A stretch of DNA of 64,000 bases from an uncultured Clostridiaceae bacterium (GCA_948444845.1 CAOJVB010000001.1:7665-71664); one strand, 5' to 3'; counted from the stretch's first letter, positions 1-10,929 are shown. Translations and numbers: made by a program. Notes: generated by a model not told the origin, from the letters alone.

Positions 1-202
1 TATAAAAGCATATACTGCTCTATGCCATAAGCCTTCTTCATGACATTTTTCTCTTGTTTCTATTTTTCCTGTAAATTCTCCATTTTCATTTAGAACATCA
101 AAATATTCCATCGTTTTCTCCTTTTTTATAATTAAAAATACTATCTATTCTTATTTTAGCATATTATTTTTCAAAATCAAATATTTTTATTATAAATATA
201 AG

Positions 203-260
203 GGGCTGTAAAAAAGGAAAGATTTGGGACGCGTCAAAAACTTTCCTTTTTTACAGCTCC
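203..260. repeat. Large palindromic element P1 (ggggctgtaaaaaaggaaag ... ctttccttttttacagctcc), likely terminator downstream of the MBL hydrolase gene
   Basis: Near-perfect 20-bp arms around a loop atttgggacgcgtc. Arm and loop modules recur in P4 and P5. Confidence 0.7.
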
Positions 261-265
261 ATTTA

Positions 266-949
266 TTATTCATCGCAAATATGAATTTGTGTTCCTTTAA
301 TCATTTCCCTAATTTTTACCTCATTATCTAAATGCATAAGGTATACTTCTATCCCATTTTTTGCTATGTATTTCAATAAGTTAATATTATCTTCTAGCTT
401 AAGGTGTACTCCTCCTACAATAGAAGTATCAACAAAAAGTTGTGTTCCATCATTAAGATATTCTATGAAAGGCTTTAATGTTGTTGTATCTCCTGTATAT
501 ACAATATTCGTGCCATTAATTTTTGCACAAAATCCGTAACAGTCAAGTTCATCTCCTACATGATTTGTTGGAATAAATGTTACAAAATTATTATTTCTAG
601 TATATCTTTCTGGTGGGAAGCCTGGAATTTGGCAATATCTTGCTACTCCTGTGATTGTAAGAAATTCTTCGATTCTTTCGCATTCAGTAATAATGTTTAT
701 AGGTTGTTTTAGTGTAAAATAACTATAAAGAGCTAATTGGCTAAGTGAACCAACATGGTCACCGTGCATATGAGTTATAATTACGTCTATACCTGTAATG
801 TCATTAAGCAGCTCCCTTTTTTGCAACTCTGTCATTACTGTGTGCCCACAATCAATTAGTAATAGCCGTTTTCCTACCATTGCATATGCCGAAGTATTTT
901 TCTTTCCAAAACCACTGTCTTTTCCTAAAAAAGTAATTGCTTTTTTCAT
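266..949 (-). CDS. MBL-fold metallo-hydrolase
   Basis: HxHxDH motif (THMHGDHVGS). Start taken at MKKAITFLG, which has a GGAAGG RBS. The upstream ATG at 976 has none. Confidence 0.75.
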   Translation of the reverse strand: MKKAITFLGKDSGFGKKNTSAYAMVGKRLLLIDCGHTVMTELQKRELLNDITGIDVIITHMHGDHVGSLSQLALYSYFTLKQPINIITECERIEEFLTITGVARYCQIPGFPPERYTRNNNFVTFIPTNHVGDELDCYGFCAKINGTNIVYTGDTTTLKPFIEYLNDGTQLFVDTSIVGGVHLKLEDNINLLKYIAKNGIEVYLMHLDNEVKIREMIKGTQIHICDE

Positions 950-1012
950 AATTTTACCTTCCTTTCTTATAATCATAATAAAAGTACCAATAAAGTTTTT
1001 TTGTGTTATATA

Positions 1013-3062
1013 TCATTCACATAATTTTGTCAATGCAATTATATACATTGCATGTGACCAGCCTAAGCCTATTACCCATTTTGCTTGCATGGTTTCATTA
1101 TCTACTTGTTCTGCTAAAAATCCGTTATTTGTTGCTGTTTTTGTTACAAATTCTATTTGTTTTCTTGCTTCTTCTATTTTTTTAGTTTCTATATTATATA
1201 GTGCCATCCAAAGTGTTGAGATTACCCATGGGTTATTTCCGCCTAAATAGTTATCGTTTTCAAACCTTATATAGCCTCCTGTGTATGTTCTTAGGGTTAA
1301 ATCTATTTTTTCTATTGTATTTTTTATTTTACTATCGTTTGCGTCTAACATATTAAATGGTACTACTGAACCTAAAATACTTATGTCTGTTATATTATCT
1401 TTGTTGTTTCTTTTAAGTGTTTTTGTGTTTTTATCGTAGAAGTTATTTATACAATATGATTTTATTTTTTTTGCTTTATCTTCTAGTTCTTCTATTCCTT
1501 CATCTATGTCTAGCTCTTTTTTTATTTCTATCATTGCCTTATATGCTGCATATATTGCACTTAAGGAATATAAATGTATGCCTTCATTCATTTCCCATAA
1601 ATCGTAGCTTTCATGTGTTTTAAATCTTTCTTCACTATTTAGGTTCTCAACAGGAATAGATTTCTCATTAGGGATGTTTCTCTGCATATTCCATTCGTAA
1701 CTCGCTTTGCTCGAACGACTGGAAAATCCTAATGGGAAGTTCTCAAAAGTGACAGATACCCCATTTGTACCAGATACCCCAAAAGGAAACGTCCCCAATG
1801 GGATCGTTGCCTTTTGGCACATTTCGTAAGTTTGTTTTAGGAAATTTTTGTCTTTTGTTTTTTTGTAGTGTTCATATGTTCCATATATTATGCTTGCTGT
1901 TTCGTCTATTTGGTAGCCCCAACATGGTGCTAGTCTTCCGGTCTGTGTAGAAGCGTTGTTCCCACATTCCGTTTTTACTTTGAGTGTGTTTACTGAATTT
2001 TTCGTAGAATTTTGTGGTTTGGTCTTCCATTTTTAGTATGTCTAGGGCTTTTGTTATGAATACTGCGTCTCGTGGCCAACAGTATGAGTATCTTCCACAT
2101 TTTTCTCTTTCTTCATCTATTTCTATTGCTGCTGATATTCCTCCTGTTTGTGAGTTTGTAAGTAGAGGGAATAGTAGTATACTTCTTGTATATATTTTTT
2201 TCATTTCTAGGTACTTTTTATAGGTTGTTTCATTTGTTTCTTCTTTGCCTGTTAGTAGTTTTTGCCATTTTTCTTCATCTTTTAATATTCCTAGTCCATC
2301 GTGATTTTGTACGAAATCGTTCCAATATTTTTTTGCACTTTCTAGTTCTCTTTCTGTATCTAAGTTTCTTATTTGTTCTATTTCTTCTATTATTTCATCA
2401 AATTTGCTTTTTTTGTTGTTATCATTTATATAAATAAATATTTCTATTTCTTTGCTCTCGCCTGGCTTTAAGGTTCCAATGTCGAAACTTATGGCTGAAT
2501 CGTTTGCCATTCCTATGTAGTCTTTGTCGTGTAGTACTGCACATTTTATATCTTCGCTACTATTGTTTAGTCGGTAGCCTAATATTGGTGTTTTTGAGAA
2601 TATGCTAAAGGTATAGTCGTGTGAATATTGCATACATATGTTGTTTTCTATTTTTGTTCCTACCATATTATTGAAGTTTGATAATAGCTTTGAATATATT
2701 AGGAAATTTACATTTAAGTCTACACTATTTTCGTTTGTAAATCTTAGTTTTTTTATTATTACATCTTTTTTGATAGATACAAAGTCAGTTTGTAGTATTG
2801 ATAGGTTGAAGTATGTATTTTTTATTTTTGTATTTAGTATGTTTGTGTTTTCTGTATAGTATTGTTCGTATTCGTTGTTTATATCTTCATGTAAATATAT
2901 AATCATTGAATCGTTTACTTTTACTCCTGTGTGCATGCATTCTATGAATTGTTTATAATCTCTTGTAGGGTAAAAAAGCCTTAGCATTTCTCCTTCTTTA
3001 CTAAAGCTTGCTACTATATTTTCATTTCCTATTATTGCTTCATTGTAATATTTATTTTTCAT
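1013..3062 (-). CDS. Glycoside hydrolase family 15 (glucoamylase/glucodextranase-like), single CDS with one CGG +1 recoding site and an in-frame MITE insertion
   Basis: DLWEM(E) catalytic-region motif and C-terminal LGWSHAMYI. ORF track splits it into 1872..3074 and 1013..1822. There is an in-frame CGG at 1938-1940. Reading +1 from GGA gives a stop-free frame that runs directly into the downstream ORF (TDGRLAPCWGYQIDE...MCQKATIPLG...YDLWEMNEG). Start taken at second ATG (3062), which has a GGAG RBS. Confidence 0.7.
1705..1803. mobile_element. MITE family A copy (plus truncated inverted partner) inserted in-frame inside the GH15 CDS
   Basis: ttctcaaaagtgacagatacccc...ccaaaaggaaacgtccccaatggga is the same unit as at 6781-6845 and 6985-7049. 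It is translated stop-free as IPLGTFPFGVSGTNGVSVTFENFPLGF. Confidence 0.65.
1938..1940 (-). other. In-frame CGG recoding site (+1, next codon GGA Gly) in GH15 gene
   Basis: Coding strand gac CGG aag. The zero frame stops 22 codons later. The +1 frame stays open for more than 300 codons. Confidence 0.7.
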
Positions 3063-3182
3063 ATTTAACTCCATTTGTTTTTTTATTTGAAGTTAGAAGT
3101 TGGAGGTTGGAAGTTGGATTTTTAAGTATTCCTTCGTAGAATAGGTAGCTATATTATCTCCTACAACTCTTTCTTCTTTTCT

Positions 3183-3440
3183 TTAGTTAATTATACAGTC
3201 TGGGCTTTTTGCATATATTAGTTTTTCTACTTCTTTTTTTATATTTTCATCTTCTGTTTGTTCTAATTGTCCATTATCTTTATTTTCTTTTAAATATATG
3301 ACTTGTTTTGTTTTTTGTTCTTGGCACATGTATATAATATTGCCTTGTATCCATAATTTTTGTATACATATATACTCTTTTTCATTTATTATAATTTTCT
3401 CTAATATTTTCATTTTTTTATTACCTCGTACTTTCTTCAT
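3183..3440 (-). CDS. Hypothetical protein (85 aa), start overlaps the upstream HExxH gene
   Basis: ORF overlapping 3421..4920 by 20 nt. Confidence 0.4.
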   Translation of the reverse strand: MKKVRGNKKMKILEKIIINEKEYICIQKLWIQGNIIYMCQEQKTKQVIYLKENKDNGQLEQTEDENIKKEVEKLIYAKSPDCIIN

Positions 3441-4920
3441 TATCTCTTGAAATATCTTGTTGTTCTTGTTTTTCTGTACTTTTATTATGTATTATAGGTG
3501 TTTCATATTTTATAGAATTCCTAAAGTTAGCTGCTTCTTGCTCTTTCGTTGTAAGTTTTTCTGATTTTTCTATGTCTGGCATTTCAGATTTCTCTAACTT
3601 TTCTTGTTCTAGTATTCTTTCTTCCAACTCTATATTAATGGCTTCGCTTATATTTTCTTTAATTGTTGGCTTTAGTATTGTTTTTCTTATATATTCCTCT
3701 AATTTTGTATTATCGTTTAATGGTTCATCTGATTGTACATAATATTTTCTTGCTATTTCTTTTATGTTAAATTCTGAATCAATATAGTCATCATCAAATT
3801 TACTTTCTATTAATATTTCAGGATTTCTACTATTTTCTATATCTATTTTTTCTTTTAGAGTAAATAAGTCTTCATTATCTAAAAATCTATTATATATTTT
3901 TACTTTTTTTTCAAGTTCTACTCCTATTGAAAGTGTGTCGCTATTAAAAACTTCATTATTTCCTTCTAATTCATATATTCTATCTACACTTTTTACTATC
4001 TGTCCGCATTTATATATATCATAATATATTCTTTCCAATGTCTCTTTTCTATCTTCTCCTTGACTTAGAGTATGTTCTAATCTATTTGATATCAAGTTAC
4101 TTGCTGCATCTATCATGTTTTTAAACCCTAGTGAAATATTTTCTTTATCTTTGTTCATTGATGCATTGAATATTACGTTTAAACTGCTTTTGAATACATC
4201 TAATATAGCTTCTATATTTGCATATGGAAATTTATTTTGTAAGTATTCATAGAAAAAATCTCCACCTTTATCTTTTAGTTTAGCTAGTTGAACTTCTGTA
4301 ATGTCTAATGCAGCACATACAATTTCTCCTGGGCATTTAAGATTTCCATAACTACCGTTGTTTGTAAAATCAATTCCACAATCATCTGTGTACATAGTTT
4401 CATCACTCGAAATCAAAGTTGAAGACAACACGTTTGCATATTCATTAAGCATAGTATCTCCTTCATTATTATTTCCACTATGATATAGCCCATATTGTTT
4501 AATATCTTCATTTTCTTTTATTAAATCTGTTGCATGTAAACATTCATGAAATAAAGTATCTATTATATATACGTTTATCAGCTTATTCGTGGGTTCTTTC
4601 TTAACTCTTTCTATATGTTTTTCATTTATATAAATTCCTTTACTATTTTCTCTAAAAGAAAACCCACCTGACCATAATGATGGCATTCCTACTTTTTCCA
4701 TATCTGTAACTTCTAATGTTTTTACATTATTCTTAAAATTTTGATATTTCTTTAAAAATTCTTCTCTAGACCATTCAAATTTTTCATTTGCACGCAAGAA
4801 GAATTCATATAATAGTGGTGATAACTTTTTATCATATGAGTTCTTATTTGCTTCAATTAAATTGTCTACATAGTGTATAATTTCTTCTCTTGATATTTTA
4901 TTTTCTTGTTTGCTTTGCAT
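3421..4920 (-). CDS. Hypothetical protein with HExxH zinc-metallopeptidase-like motif (LFHECLHATD)
   Basis: 499-aa ORF with no in-frame CGG. HEXXH motif only, no confident family assignment. Confidence 0.5.
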   Translation of the reverse strand: MQSKQENKISREEIIHYVDNLIEANKNSYDKKLSPLLYEFFLRANEKFEWSREEFLKKYQNFKNNVKTLEVTDMEKVGMPSLWSGGFSFRENSKGIYINEKHIERVKKEPTNKLINVYIIDTLFHECLHATDLIKENEDIKQYGLYHSGNNNEGDTMLNEYANVLSSTLISSDETMYTDDCGIDFTNNGSYGNLKCPGEIVCAALDITEVQLAKLKDKGGDFFYEYLQNKFPYANIEAILDVFKSSLNVIFNASMNKDKENISLGFKNMIDAASNLISNRLEHTLSQGEDRKETLERIYYDIYKCGQIVKSVDRIYELEGNNEVFNSDTLSIGVELEKKVKIYNRFLDNEDLFTLKEKIDIENSRNPEILIESKFDDDYIDSEFNIKEIARKYYVQSDEPLNDNTKLEEYIRKTILKPTIKENISEAINIELEERILEQEKLEKSEMPDIEKSEKLTTKEQEAANFRNSIKYETPIIHNKSTEKQEQQDISRDNEESTR

Positions 4921-5105
4921 TTGTTCCTCCTATTTTTATTATTATCTAATCTATGGCACATTACTTAATTTTTATTGGAAGTTGCATATTAATTTTTTTG
5001 CATATTCTTCGAAGTATGGACAGCTGCTAGCTGCCCCCTACATCTATTTCTTATCAGTTCCTAAAATGGACAGATTTTCTATTTTAAAACGTCCCCAATG
5101 TGAAC

Positions 5106-6758
5106 CTAGTCTTTTATGATTTCAACAATTTGCTGTTCTAGTTCTTTTATTTTGTCATTTAGTTTTTCTATATCTCCATCATTTGCATCTTCATTTAGCA
5201 TTTCTTCTTTTACTATTGTGCTCATGTCTTCTAGTTCTTCTTTTAGGGTTTGTATTCTTCCTAATACTTCTAGGCGAATATATTGTCTTTCTCGTTGTTT
5301 TGTGCCTTTTACTCTTCCTAGTCTTTCTACTTCTTCATTTAATTCATATTGCTCGCCATATTCTGGTATTATTACTGGTATTTCGGTTGTTCCTTGTATC
5401 TTTTGTTTTAGAATGACTTGACCTTCTGGCTCTCCGTGTACTAGGAATATTGTTTTTGGTTTTCTAAAAAATGAGTATACAAAGTTTAGTAGCCATTCTT
5501 GGTCTGCGTGGCCTGAGTAGCTTTCTATGTATTCTACTCTTGCATTTACTGCTATTTCTTCTCCAAATAGTTTTACGCTTTTTGCTCCATCTACTATTTT
5601 TCTTCCTAATGTTCCTACTGCTTGGTAGCCTACAAATAGTATTGTGCTGTTTGGGTTCCAAAGGTTATGTTTTAAATGATGTTTTATTCTTCCTACTTCA
5701 CACATTCCACTCGCTGATATTATTATTGCTGATTCATTTTTAGCATTTAATTCTTTTGATTCTTCTGCTGTTCTTGTAAATTGAAGCCCTGGGAACTCTA
5801 GTGGATTATCTCCTCTTCGCATTATTTCTTGCGTTTCTTCATCAAATAAATCCATATTGTCTTCAAATATTTCTGTTGCAGATATTGCAAGTGGGCTATC
5901 TACATATACTGGCACTTTCATTAATGTTTCATATTTTTTTCTAAAATCTTCATCTTGTATTATATCTTTTAACTGATTTAGTTCATATAAAATTTCTTGT
6001 GTTCTTCCTACCGCAAAAGAAGGAATTACAACTGTTCCACCTTTGTCTAAAGTTTCTGAAACTATTTTTAAGAATTCTGTAGCTTTATTTTCATCTCTAT
6101 TATGAAGTCTTCCTCCATAAGTTGATTCCATTACTAAATAGTCTGCATCTTCAATCATAGTTGGCTCTGATAATAATGGTATATCATTATTTCCTAAATC
6201 ACCTGTAAATACTGCTTTTGTTCTTTTTCCATTTTCGTCTGCCCATATTTCGATAATAGCTGAACCCAACATATGTCCTGCATCATTAAAACGCACATGT
6301 ATGTTTTCATCTATATCAATTATTTCATCATATTTTACTGGGCAGAATACTTCTAAACATTTTAATGCTTCCTCTGCTGTATAAAGTGGAGGAATTGGGT
6401 CTAATCCTTTTCTTACTCTTTTCTTATTTTTCCACTCAATTTCCATTTCTTGAATGTGACCGCTATCTGGTAACATTATAGAGCATAAGTCACAAGTTGC
6501 TTTTGTAGCATATATAGGTTTTCTAAAACCTTCATTATATAGCTTTGGTATTCTTCCTGAGTGGTCTATGTGTGCATGGGTAAGTAGCATGAAGTCTAAT
6601 TCATTTACATCAAATGCAAAAGGTGATGAATTCTCCCATTCATCTTGTGCAGCACCTTGGTACATTCCACAATCAACTAAAAACTTCTTACCTGCTGCCT
6701 CCACTAAAAAGTTAGAGCCTGTAACTGTTTTTGTTGCTCCTAAAAAGGTAATTTTCAT
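5106..6758 (-). CDS. Beta-CASP / MBL-fold RNA-metabolising ribonuclease (RNase J / CPSF-like) with C-terminal coiled coil
   Basis: HAHIDHSGRIP motif, beta-CASP region. Start at MKITFLG, which has a GGAAGG RBS. The ORF-track N-extension runs into MITE-A sequence. Confidence 0.7.
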   Translation of the reverse strand: MKITFLGATKTVTGSNFLVEAAGKKFLVDCGMYQGAAQDEWENSSPFAFDVNELDFMLLTHAHIDHSGRIPKLYNEGFRKPIYATKATCDLCSIMLPDSGHIQEMEIEWKNKKRVRKGLDPIPPLYTAEEALKCLEVFCPVKYDEIIDIDENIHVRFNDAGHMLGSAIIEIWADENGKRTKAVFTGDLGNNDIPLLSEPTMIEDADYLVMESTYGGRLHNRDENKATEFLKIVSETLDKGGTVVIPSFAVGRTQEILYELNQLKDIIQDEDFRKKYETLMKVPVYVDSPLAISATEIFEDNMDLFDEETQEIMRRGDNPLEFPGLQFTRTAEESKELNAKNESAIIISASGMCEVGRIKHHLKHNLWNPNSTILFVGYQAVGTLGRKIVDGAKSVKLFGEEIAVNARVEYIESYSGHADQEWLLNFVYSFFRKPKTIFLVHGEPEGQVILKQKIQGTTEIPVIIPEYGEQYELNEEVERLGRVKGTKQRERQYIRLEVLGRIQTLKEELEDMSTIVKEEMLNEDANDGDIEKLNDKIKELEQQIVEIIKD

Positions 6759-6780
6759 TATTATCATTCCTTCCTTTTTT

Positions 6781-6845
6781 CCCATTAGGGACGTTTCCTT
6801 TTGGGGCATCTGCCACTTTTGGGGTATCTGTCCCTTTTGGGAATT
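6781..6845. mobile_element. MITE family A copy
   Basis: cccattagggacgtttccttttggggcatctgcc... is the inverted partner of 6985-7049. GGGAC-containing terminal inverted repeats. Confidence 0.7.
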
Positions 6846-6984
6846 AATATTTTACTTTGTTTTTTGTATTAGTGTTAATTTCTTGCATGTAGGTTTTAAT
6901 CTATTTATTTTATTGTATGTATATTCTCTATAACTTATATTGAGCTGATGCTCTATTTCGATATTTTTTATAGCTTTTAGCTCA

Positions 6985-7049
6985 TTCCCAAAAGTGACAG
7001 ATACCTCAAAAGGGACAGATACCCCAAAAGGAAACGTCCCCAATGGGAA
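6985..7049. mobile_element. MITE family A copy (inverted relative to 6781-6845)
   Basis: ttcccaaaagtgacagatacctcaaaagggacagataccccaaaaggaaacgtccccaatgggaa. Confidence 0.7.
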
Positions 7050-8700
7050 TGGTGGTTATTGCCATAGTTTTATTTTTTTGTTTAGTTTTACGTTTAGTTC
7101 GGTTTTTTCGGTTATTTGTATTTGTTTTGTTTCGTCGTGGGTGTTTCCGTCGTATATGTTTAGGGTTAGGGTTCCTTTTGTGTATTTTAGGGTGTATATT
7201 ATTGTGTCTAGGTCTATTATTTTTGTTTCGTATATGTTTTTTAGTATTTGGTTGTTTGTACTTTCGCTTTGTGTGAATTTTGTTAGGATTTTTTCCGTGC
7301 ATGCTTTTCCGGGTTAGTTTATTTTCTAGTTCTTCTATTTCTTTTTCTAGTGGTGGTATTGGTTTTATTTGTTTGTAGTATCTTAGTTCGTATATTAGGT
7401 TTTCTATTTCGTTTTTTTCTTTTGATTTTTCTATTTTTTTCTCAAAGCATTGTAGAAAGATTTTTTCTAATTCTGTGTGCAATCTTAGTAGGTTTTCTTT
7501 TGTGTTTTCTTCTATTCTTATTTCTTCATAGTAGTTTAGTTCTTCTTCTAGTTTTCTTTTTATTTGTACATATTCTTGTGGTTCCATTTTTGTGTTTATT
7601 TCTTTTATTTGTTCTAATTTTTTGTTTCTTTGCTTTTCTAGCATTAGTTTTAGGTGGCTTGTGCTGAATATTTTTTCTTTGTTTGGTAATTTTTTGTTTC
7701 TTTTTTCGTATTCTTTTCTTAGTTTTATTTCATCGTTTAGAATAGTATCTATCTCTTTTATTTGTTTTGTTATTTCTCTTTTTTGATTTGATAGGTTTTC
7801 TATGAATATTTTATTGTTGCTCATATTTTTTAGTTCTTCTTTTAGGTTTAATACTCTTTCTTTTATTTTTTCTTTATATTCTTTATTGCGGTTTGCTGTA
7901 TTTAGTATTGCTACTTTTATGAATTCTTCGAAGAAGCTTTTTGTTAGTTCTTCGCCATAATTTTCTATAAATCTATTTTTTATTCTTTCTATGTGGTCTA
8001 TTTTTTCGCCTTTCATTTCTTCTTTTGTTATTCCAAAGCTTTCATTATATTTACTACTTAATATTACATTACTTGGAATTTCTTCTAGTTCTTCATCTTC
8101 TTCTGCTCTATTGTTTATCCAGTTTTCTATTCCTTTGTTCCCTATTAGTAGTATTAGAATTTGGTATAGTTTGTTATATACTGCTTTTGCAAATTCTAAT
8201 TTTGTTATATCCCATGACCATCCGTTAAAGTTTGTTATTAGCTCTAATGAATTTTCTTTGTTTCCTATTAGTAAAGTTTCTTTTATTGGAGTAGATATTA
8301 TTTCGTATTTTGGAAGAATTTCAATTTCTTCTTGTCTCATTTGCATTATTGCTTCTAATATACTTTTTTCGTTTTGGAAGGTTCTTATTTTTCCTTCTTC
8401 TTTGTCTATTATGCAATTTATATTTTCTTCGTATAGTTTTTTTCCTTCTTCACTTGCTATATTTATTATTTCTATTTCGTTGCATCTTTTTTCTATTGTT
8501 TCTAATATTTCTTGTACGAATTGTTTTTTTGAACATACATTTACTTTTACTTTTTTATAGTCTTCATATGCATTTTCTATTTTATATAGCATGCTTAAAA
8601 GAAGGTTTTTTACGTCACTTGAAAAAGCCTTCTTTTCTAGTATTATTTCTAATTCGTTGTTATAATCTTTTATTATTTTTGAAAAAATATCTTTTGGCAT
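7006..8700 (-). CDS. Hypothetical K/E-rich coiled-coil protein. C-terminal basic tail is probably a composition artefact
   Basis: Long stop-free ORF. The last 100 codons lie in a G+T-rich plus-strand stretch that lacks stop codons. In-frame CGG at 7147-7149. Under the CGG +1 rule the protein would end at 7056. Confidence 0.5.
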   Translation of the reverse strand: MPKDIFSKIIKDYNNELEIILEKKAFSSDVKNLLLSMLYKIENAYEDYKKVKVNVCSKKQFVQEILETIEKRCNEIEIINIASEEGKKLYEENINCIIDKEEGKIRTFQNEKSILEAIMQMRQEEIEILPKYEIISTPIKETLLIGNKENSLELITNFNGWSWDITKLEFAKAVYNKLYQILILLIGNKGIENWINNRAEEDEELEEIPSNVILSSKYNESFGITKEEMKGEKIDHIERIKNRFIENYGEELTKSFFEEFIKVAILNTANRNKEYKEKIKERVLNLKEELKNMSNNKIFIENLSNQKREITKQIKEIDTILNDEIKLRKEYEKRNKKLPNKEKIFSTSHLKLMLEKQRNKKLEQIKEINTKMEPQEYVQIKRKLEEELNYYEEIRIEENTKENLLRLHTELEKIFLQCFEKKIEKSKEKNEIENLIYELRYYKQIKPIPPLEKEIEELENKLTRKSMHGKNPNKIHTKRKYKQPNTKKHIRNKNNRPRHNNIHPKIHKRNPNPKHIRRKHPRRNKTNTNNRKNRTKRKTKQKNKTMAITTIPIGDVSFWGICPF

Positions 8701-8787
8701 TTTTTCTTACCTTTCTTTTGTGTATTAGATGTTGAAAGTCGAATATCAGAATTTAGGGTAGTTTCTTTGTAGTATAGATTATATTTT

Positions 8788-9330
8788 TTATAAATTATAT
8801 TTGTAAAAAACTTCGTCATAACCTACATCTAATTTATAGAACCTTTGCTCCCAGTCGTCAAGTTTTCCTCCCCAACTTTCATATATCTCTCGAGCGTTAT
8901 TGTTTTCTTTTAATACTCCAATTATGTATTTCGTAGCACCATTTTTTCTTGCCCAATCTTCAAAAATGTTTTTTAATTTTGTACCTATTCCTTTACCTTG
9001 ATACTTTGGATTTATATATAATGAAACTAAATCAGCAAATCCAGCTTCTACGAAATGTTCATAAGTGGATTTTATTGTTCCATACATTGCTCCAACAATT
9101 ATTCCATCGCATTCTGCAACATAGCATATTCTCTCATTATAATTATAGAATTTATTAGCAAAATTTTTAATTTTATCTTCTGATGTTTTTTCACTATCAA
9201 TAAACACTTCTTCTGGTAGAATGTTTTTATATGAGACTCTCCATACTGAATTTATAAGTTCTATATACTGTTTTGCATCATCGTTTATTACTTTTCTAAT
9301 TATTATTGAATCATTTGATATATTTTGCAT
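8788..9330 (-). CDS. GNAT family N-acetyltransferase
   Basis: QGKGIGTKL acetyl-CoA binding motif. Confidence 0.7.
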   Translation of the reverse strand: MQNISNDSIIIRKVINDDAKQYIELINSVWRVSYKNILPEEVFIDSEKTSEDKIKNFANKFYNYNERICYVAECDGIIVGAMYGTIKSTYEHFVEAGFADLVSLYINPKYQGKGIGTKLKNIFEDWARKNGATKYIIGVLKENNNAREIYESWGGKLDDWEQRFYKLDVGYDEVFYKYNL

Positions 9331-9362
9331 TATAGATTTCCTCCAATTCTATTTTTATAATT

Positions 9363-10469
9363 TTAACATTTATCAATTATAATTAGTGGTACATATATTT
9401 CATCATCTGAATATCCTGCGTGTTGTGATCTTAGTACTTCGTCTCCTTCAGTTATTATACATTTATTTGAATTTTCTGCTATTGCTATAAAGTCTCCTAT
9501 TGCTTCTCTAAATAACTCGTTTTCTTGCCCATCCCCAAATAAATGATTTTCTATTATTTCTAACTTAGAATATAATTTAAATTCTTTTCCAAAATTTTCA
9601 TTGAATTCTTGAGCAAATTGTTCTTTATAATCTTTCTTTATTTTAAATGATACTGCTCTTTGTTCTAATGAAGTGGTTCTTTCTAGCATTTCTGTTATTT
9701 TAGGGTAGTCTTTTAAATAAATATGTTCCACTTCTTTATGTCCATGGTCTGCAATAATGATTATTATGGTGTCGTTTAATTTCTTACATAATTGTTCTAC
9801 TTTATCATTTCTTATTTGAATCAATTCTTTTACTTTAGTATCGTCTGGACCAAAGTCATGCATTGAATGGTCTGGTTCTGTATCATAAGCATAAATATAT
9901 TTTTTTCCTTCTTTGTCGCACTCTGTCTTTATAATTTCTAGCATCTCATCTAAATTATTATATTTATTTTCACCAAAAGGAAATAATTCAATTGCTTTAT
10001 ATTTTGTGTTTTCATTAATCTCATCAATTATAGTTTTTTGTACTAACTTTTCTTTCACTTTTAAGAAGTTGTTACTTATTACTTCTTGTTTTCCTTTTTC
10101 ACTATTTAAAAATAATGTTATAGTTTCATCAATAGGAGCTATATACATATTCCATCCAAGCCATCCATGTTCAATAGGATTTAGTCCTGTACGTATTGAT
10201 GTGGTTGCAGCAGTTGTCGTTGCTGGAAATACTGTTGTGATTTCTTTAATTTTATTCTTTCTAAAAAATGAATTTTCGTCTAACGTTCTATCTAGTATTT
10301 GTGAGCCCATTCCATCGAAAAGCATAAGTACAACATTTTTAGGTTGTTTTTCACTTAATAGTTTGTCTATATATTCTATAGAATTATGTTTTGTGCTTAA
10401 TCCAAAATATTTTTGAATTGAACAAGCCAAGTTGGTTAGACATTCATTATAATTATTTTTTACTAGCAT
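9363..10469 (-). CDS. Alkaline-phosphatase-superfamily protein (nucleotide pyrophosphatase/phosphodiesterase-like)
   Basis: LMLFDGMGSQ and IIADHGH metal-site motifs. Confidence 0.55.
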   Translation of the reverse strand: MLVKNNYNECLTNLACSIQKYFGLSTKHNSIEYIDKLLSEKQPKNVVLMLFDGMGSQILDRTLDENSFFRKNKIKEITTVFPATTTAATTSIRTGLNPIEHGWLGWNMYIAPIDETITLFLNSEKGKQEVISNNFLKVKEKLVQKTIIDEINENTKYKAIELFPFGENKYNNLDEMLEIIKTECDKEGKKYIYAYDTEPDHSMHDFGPDDTKVKELIQIRNDKVEQLCKKLNDTIIIIIADHGHKEVEHIYLKDYPKITEMLERTTSLEQRAVSFKIKKDYKEQFAQEFNENFGKEFKLYSKLEIIENHLFGDGQENELFREAIGDFIAIAENSNKCIITEGDEVLRSQHAGYSDDEIYVPLIIIDKC

Positions 10470-10557
10470 TTAATTTTTCTCCTTTTATTTATGCTATTTT
10501 CATTTTAGGCTAAATTTTATTATTCTTTTCGCTTATTTTTATAAATTGCTCATTATT

Positions 10558-10929
10558 TTAATTGTTTTCCAATAATTCCTTTTGTACTTTTTTAGAAAAT
10601 GTTTTAATTACTTCATCATACGAATGATCTATCATTTCGATTATAACATCATCTTCGACATCTCTACCTATATATACTGTATTCCAATAATTAGCTTGTA
10701 CTGCTGGACAATGATATCCTTTTATTACAGTTCCTTCATATTTTTTTCTGTATAATTCTGCTAATAACATGTCACATTTTAATGTTATTTTATAATCATT
10801 TTCTAATGGATATAATTGAGCAAATAATTTTTTGTTAACTTTAAAACATATAGGTATATCTCCAAATGGATAGTCTATATATGTTTTATTTTTTGATAAA
10901 CAATATTGTTTTATTTCTTCTACTAGCAT
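10558..10929 (-). CDS. MmcQ/YjbR family DNA-binding protein
   Basis: Size and YIDYPFGD...KVNKKLFAQL pattern typical of the family. Confidence 0.55.
   Translation of the reverse strand: MLVEEIKQYCLSKNKTYIDYPFGDIPICFKVNKKLFAQLYPLENDYKITLKCDMLLAELYRKKYEGTVIKGYHCPAVQANYWNTVYIGRDVEDDVIIEMIDHSYDEVIKTFSKKVQKELLENN

Noticed and set aside
1013-3074. GH15 glucoamylase as a pseudogene split by a MITE
   Set aside because: With +1 at the single in-frame CGG (1938) the gene is one open frame of about 680 codons. The MITE is translated in-frame without stops.
6852-7043. 63-aa ORF inside the MITE-A pair
   Set aside because: Lies wholly within the repeat spacer, no RBS, repeat-derived composition.
7050-7330. 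Highly basic C-terminal tail of the 564-aa protein as a real domain
   Set aside because: Encoded by a G+T-rich plus-strand stretch that simply lacks stop codons. An in-frame CGG would end the protein at 7056 under the recoding rule. Left flagged as uncertain.
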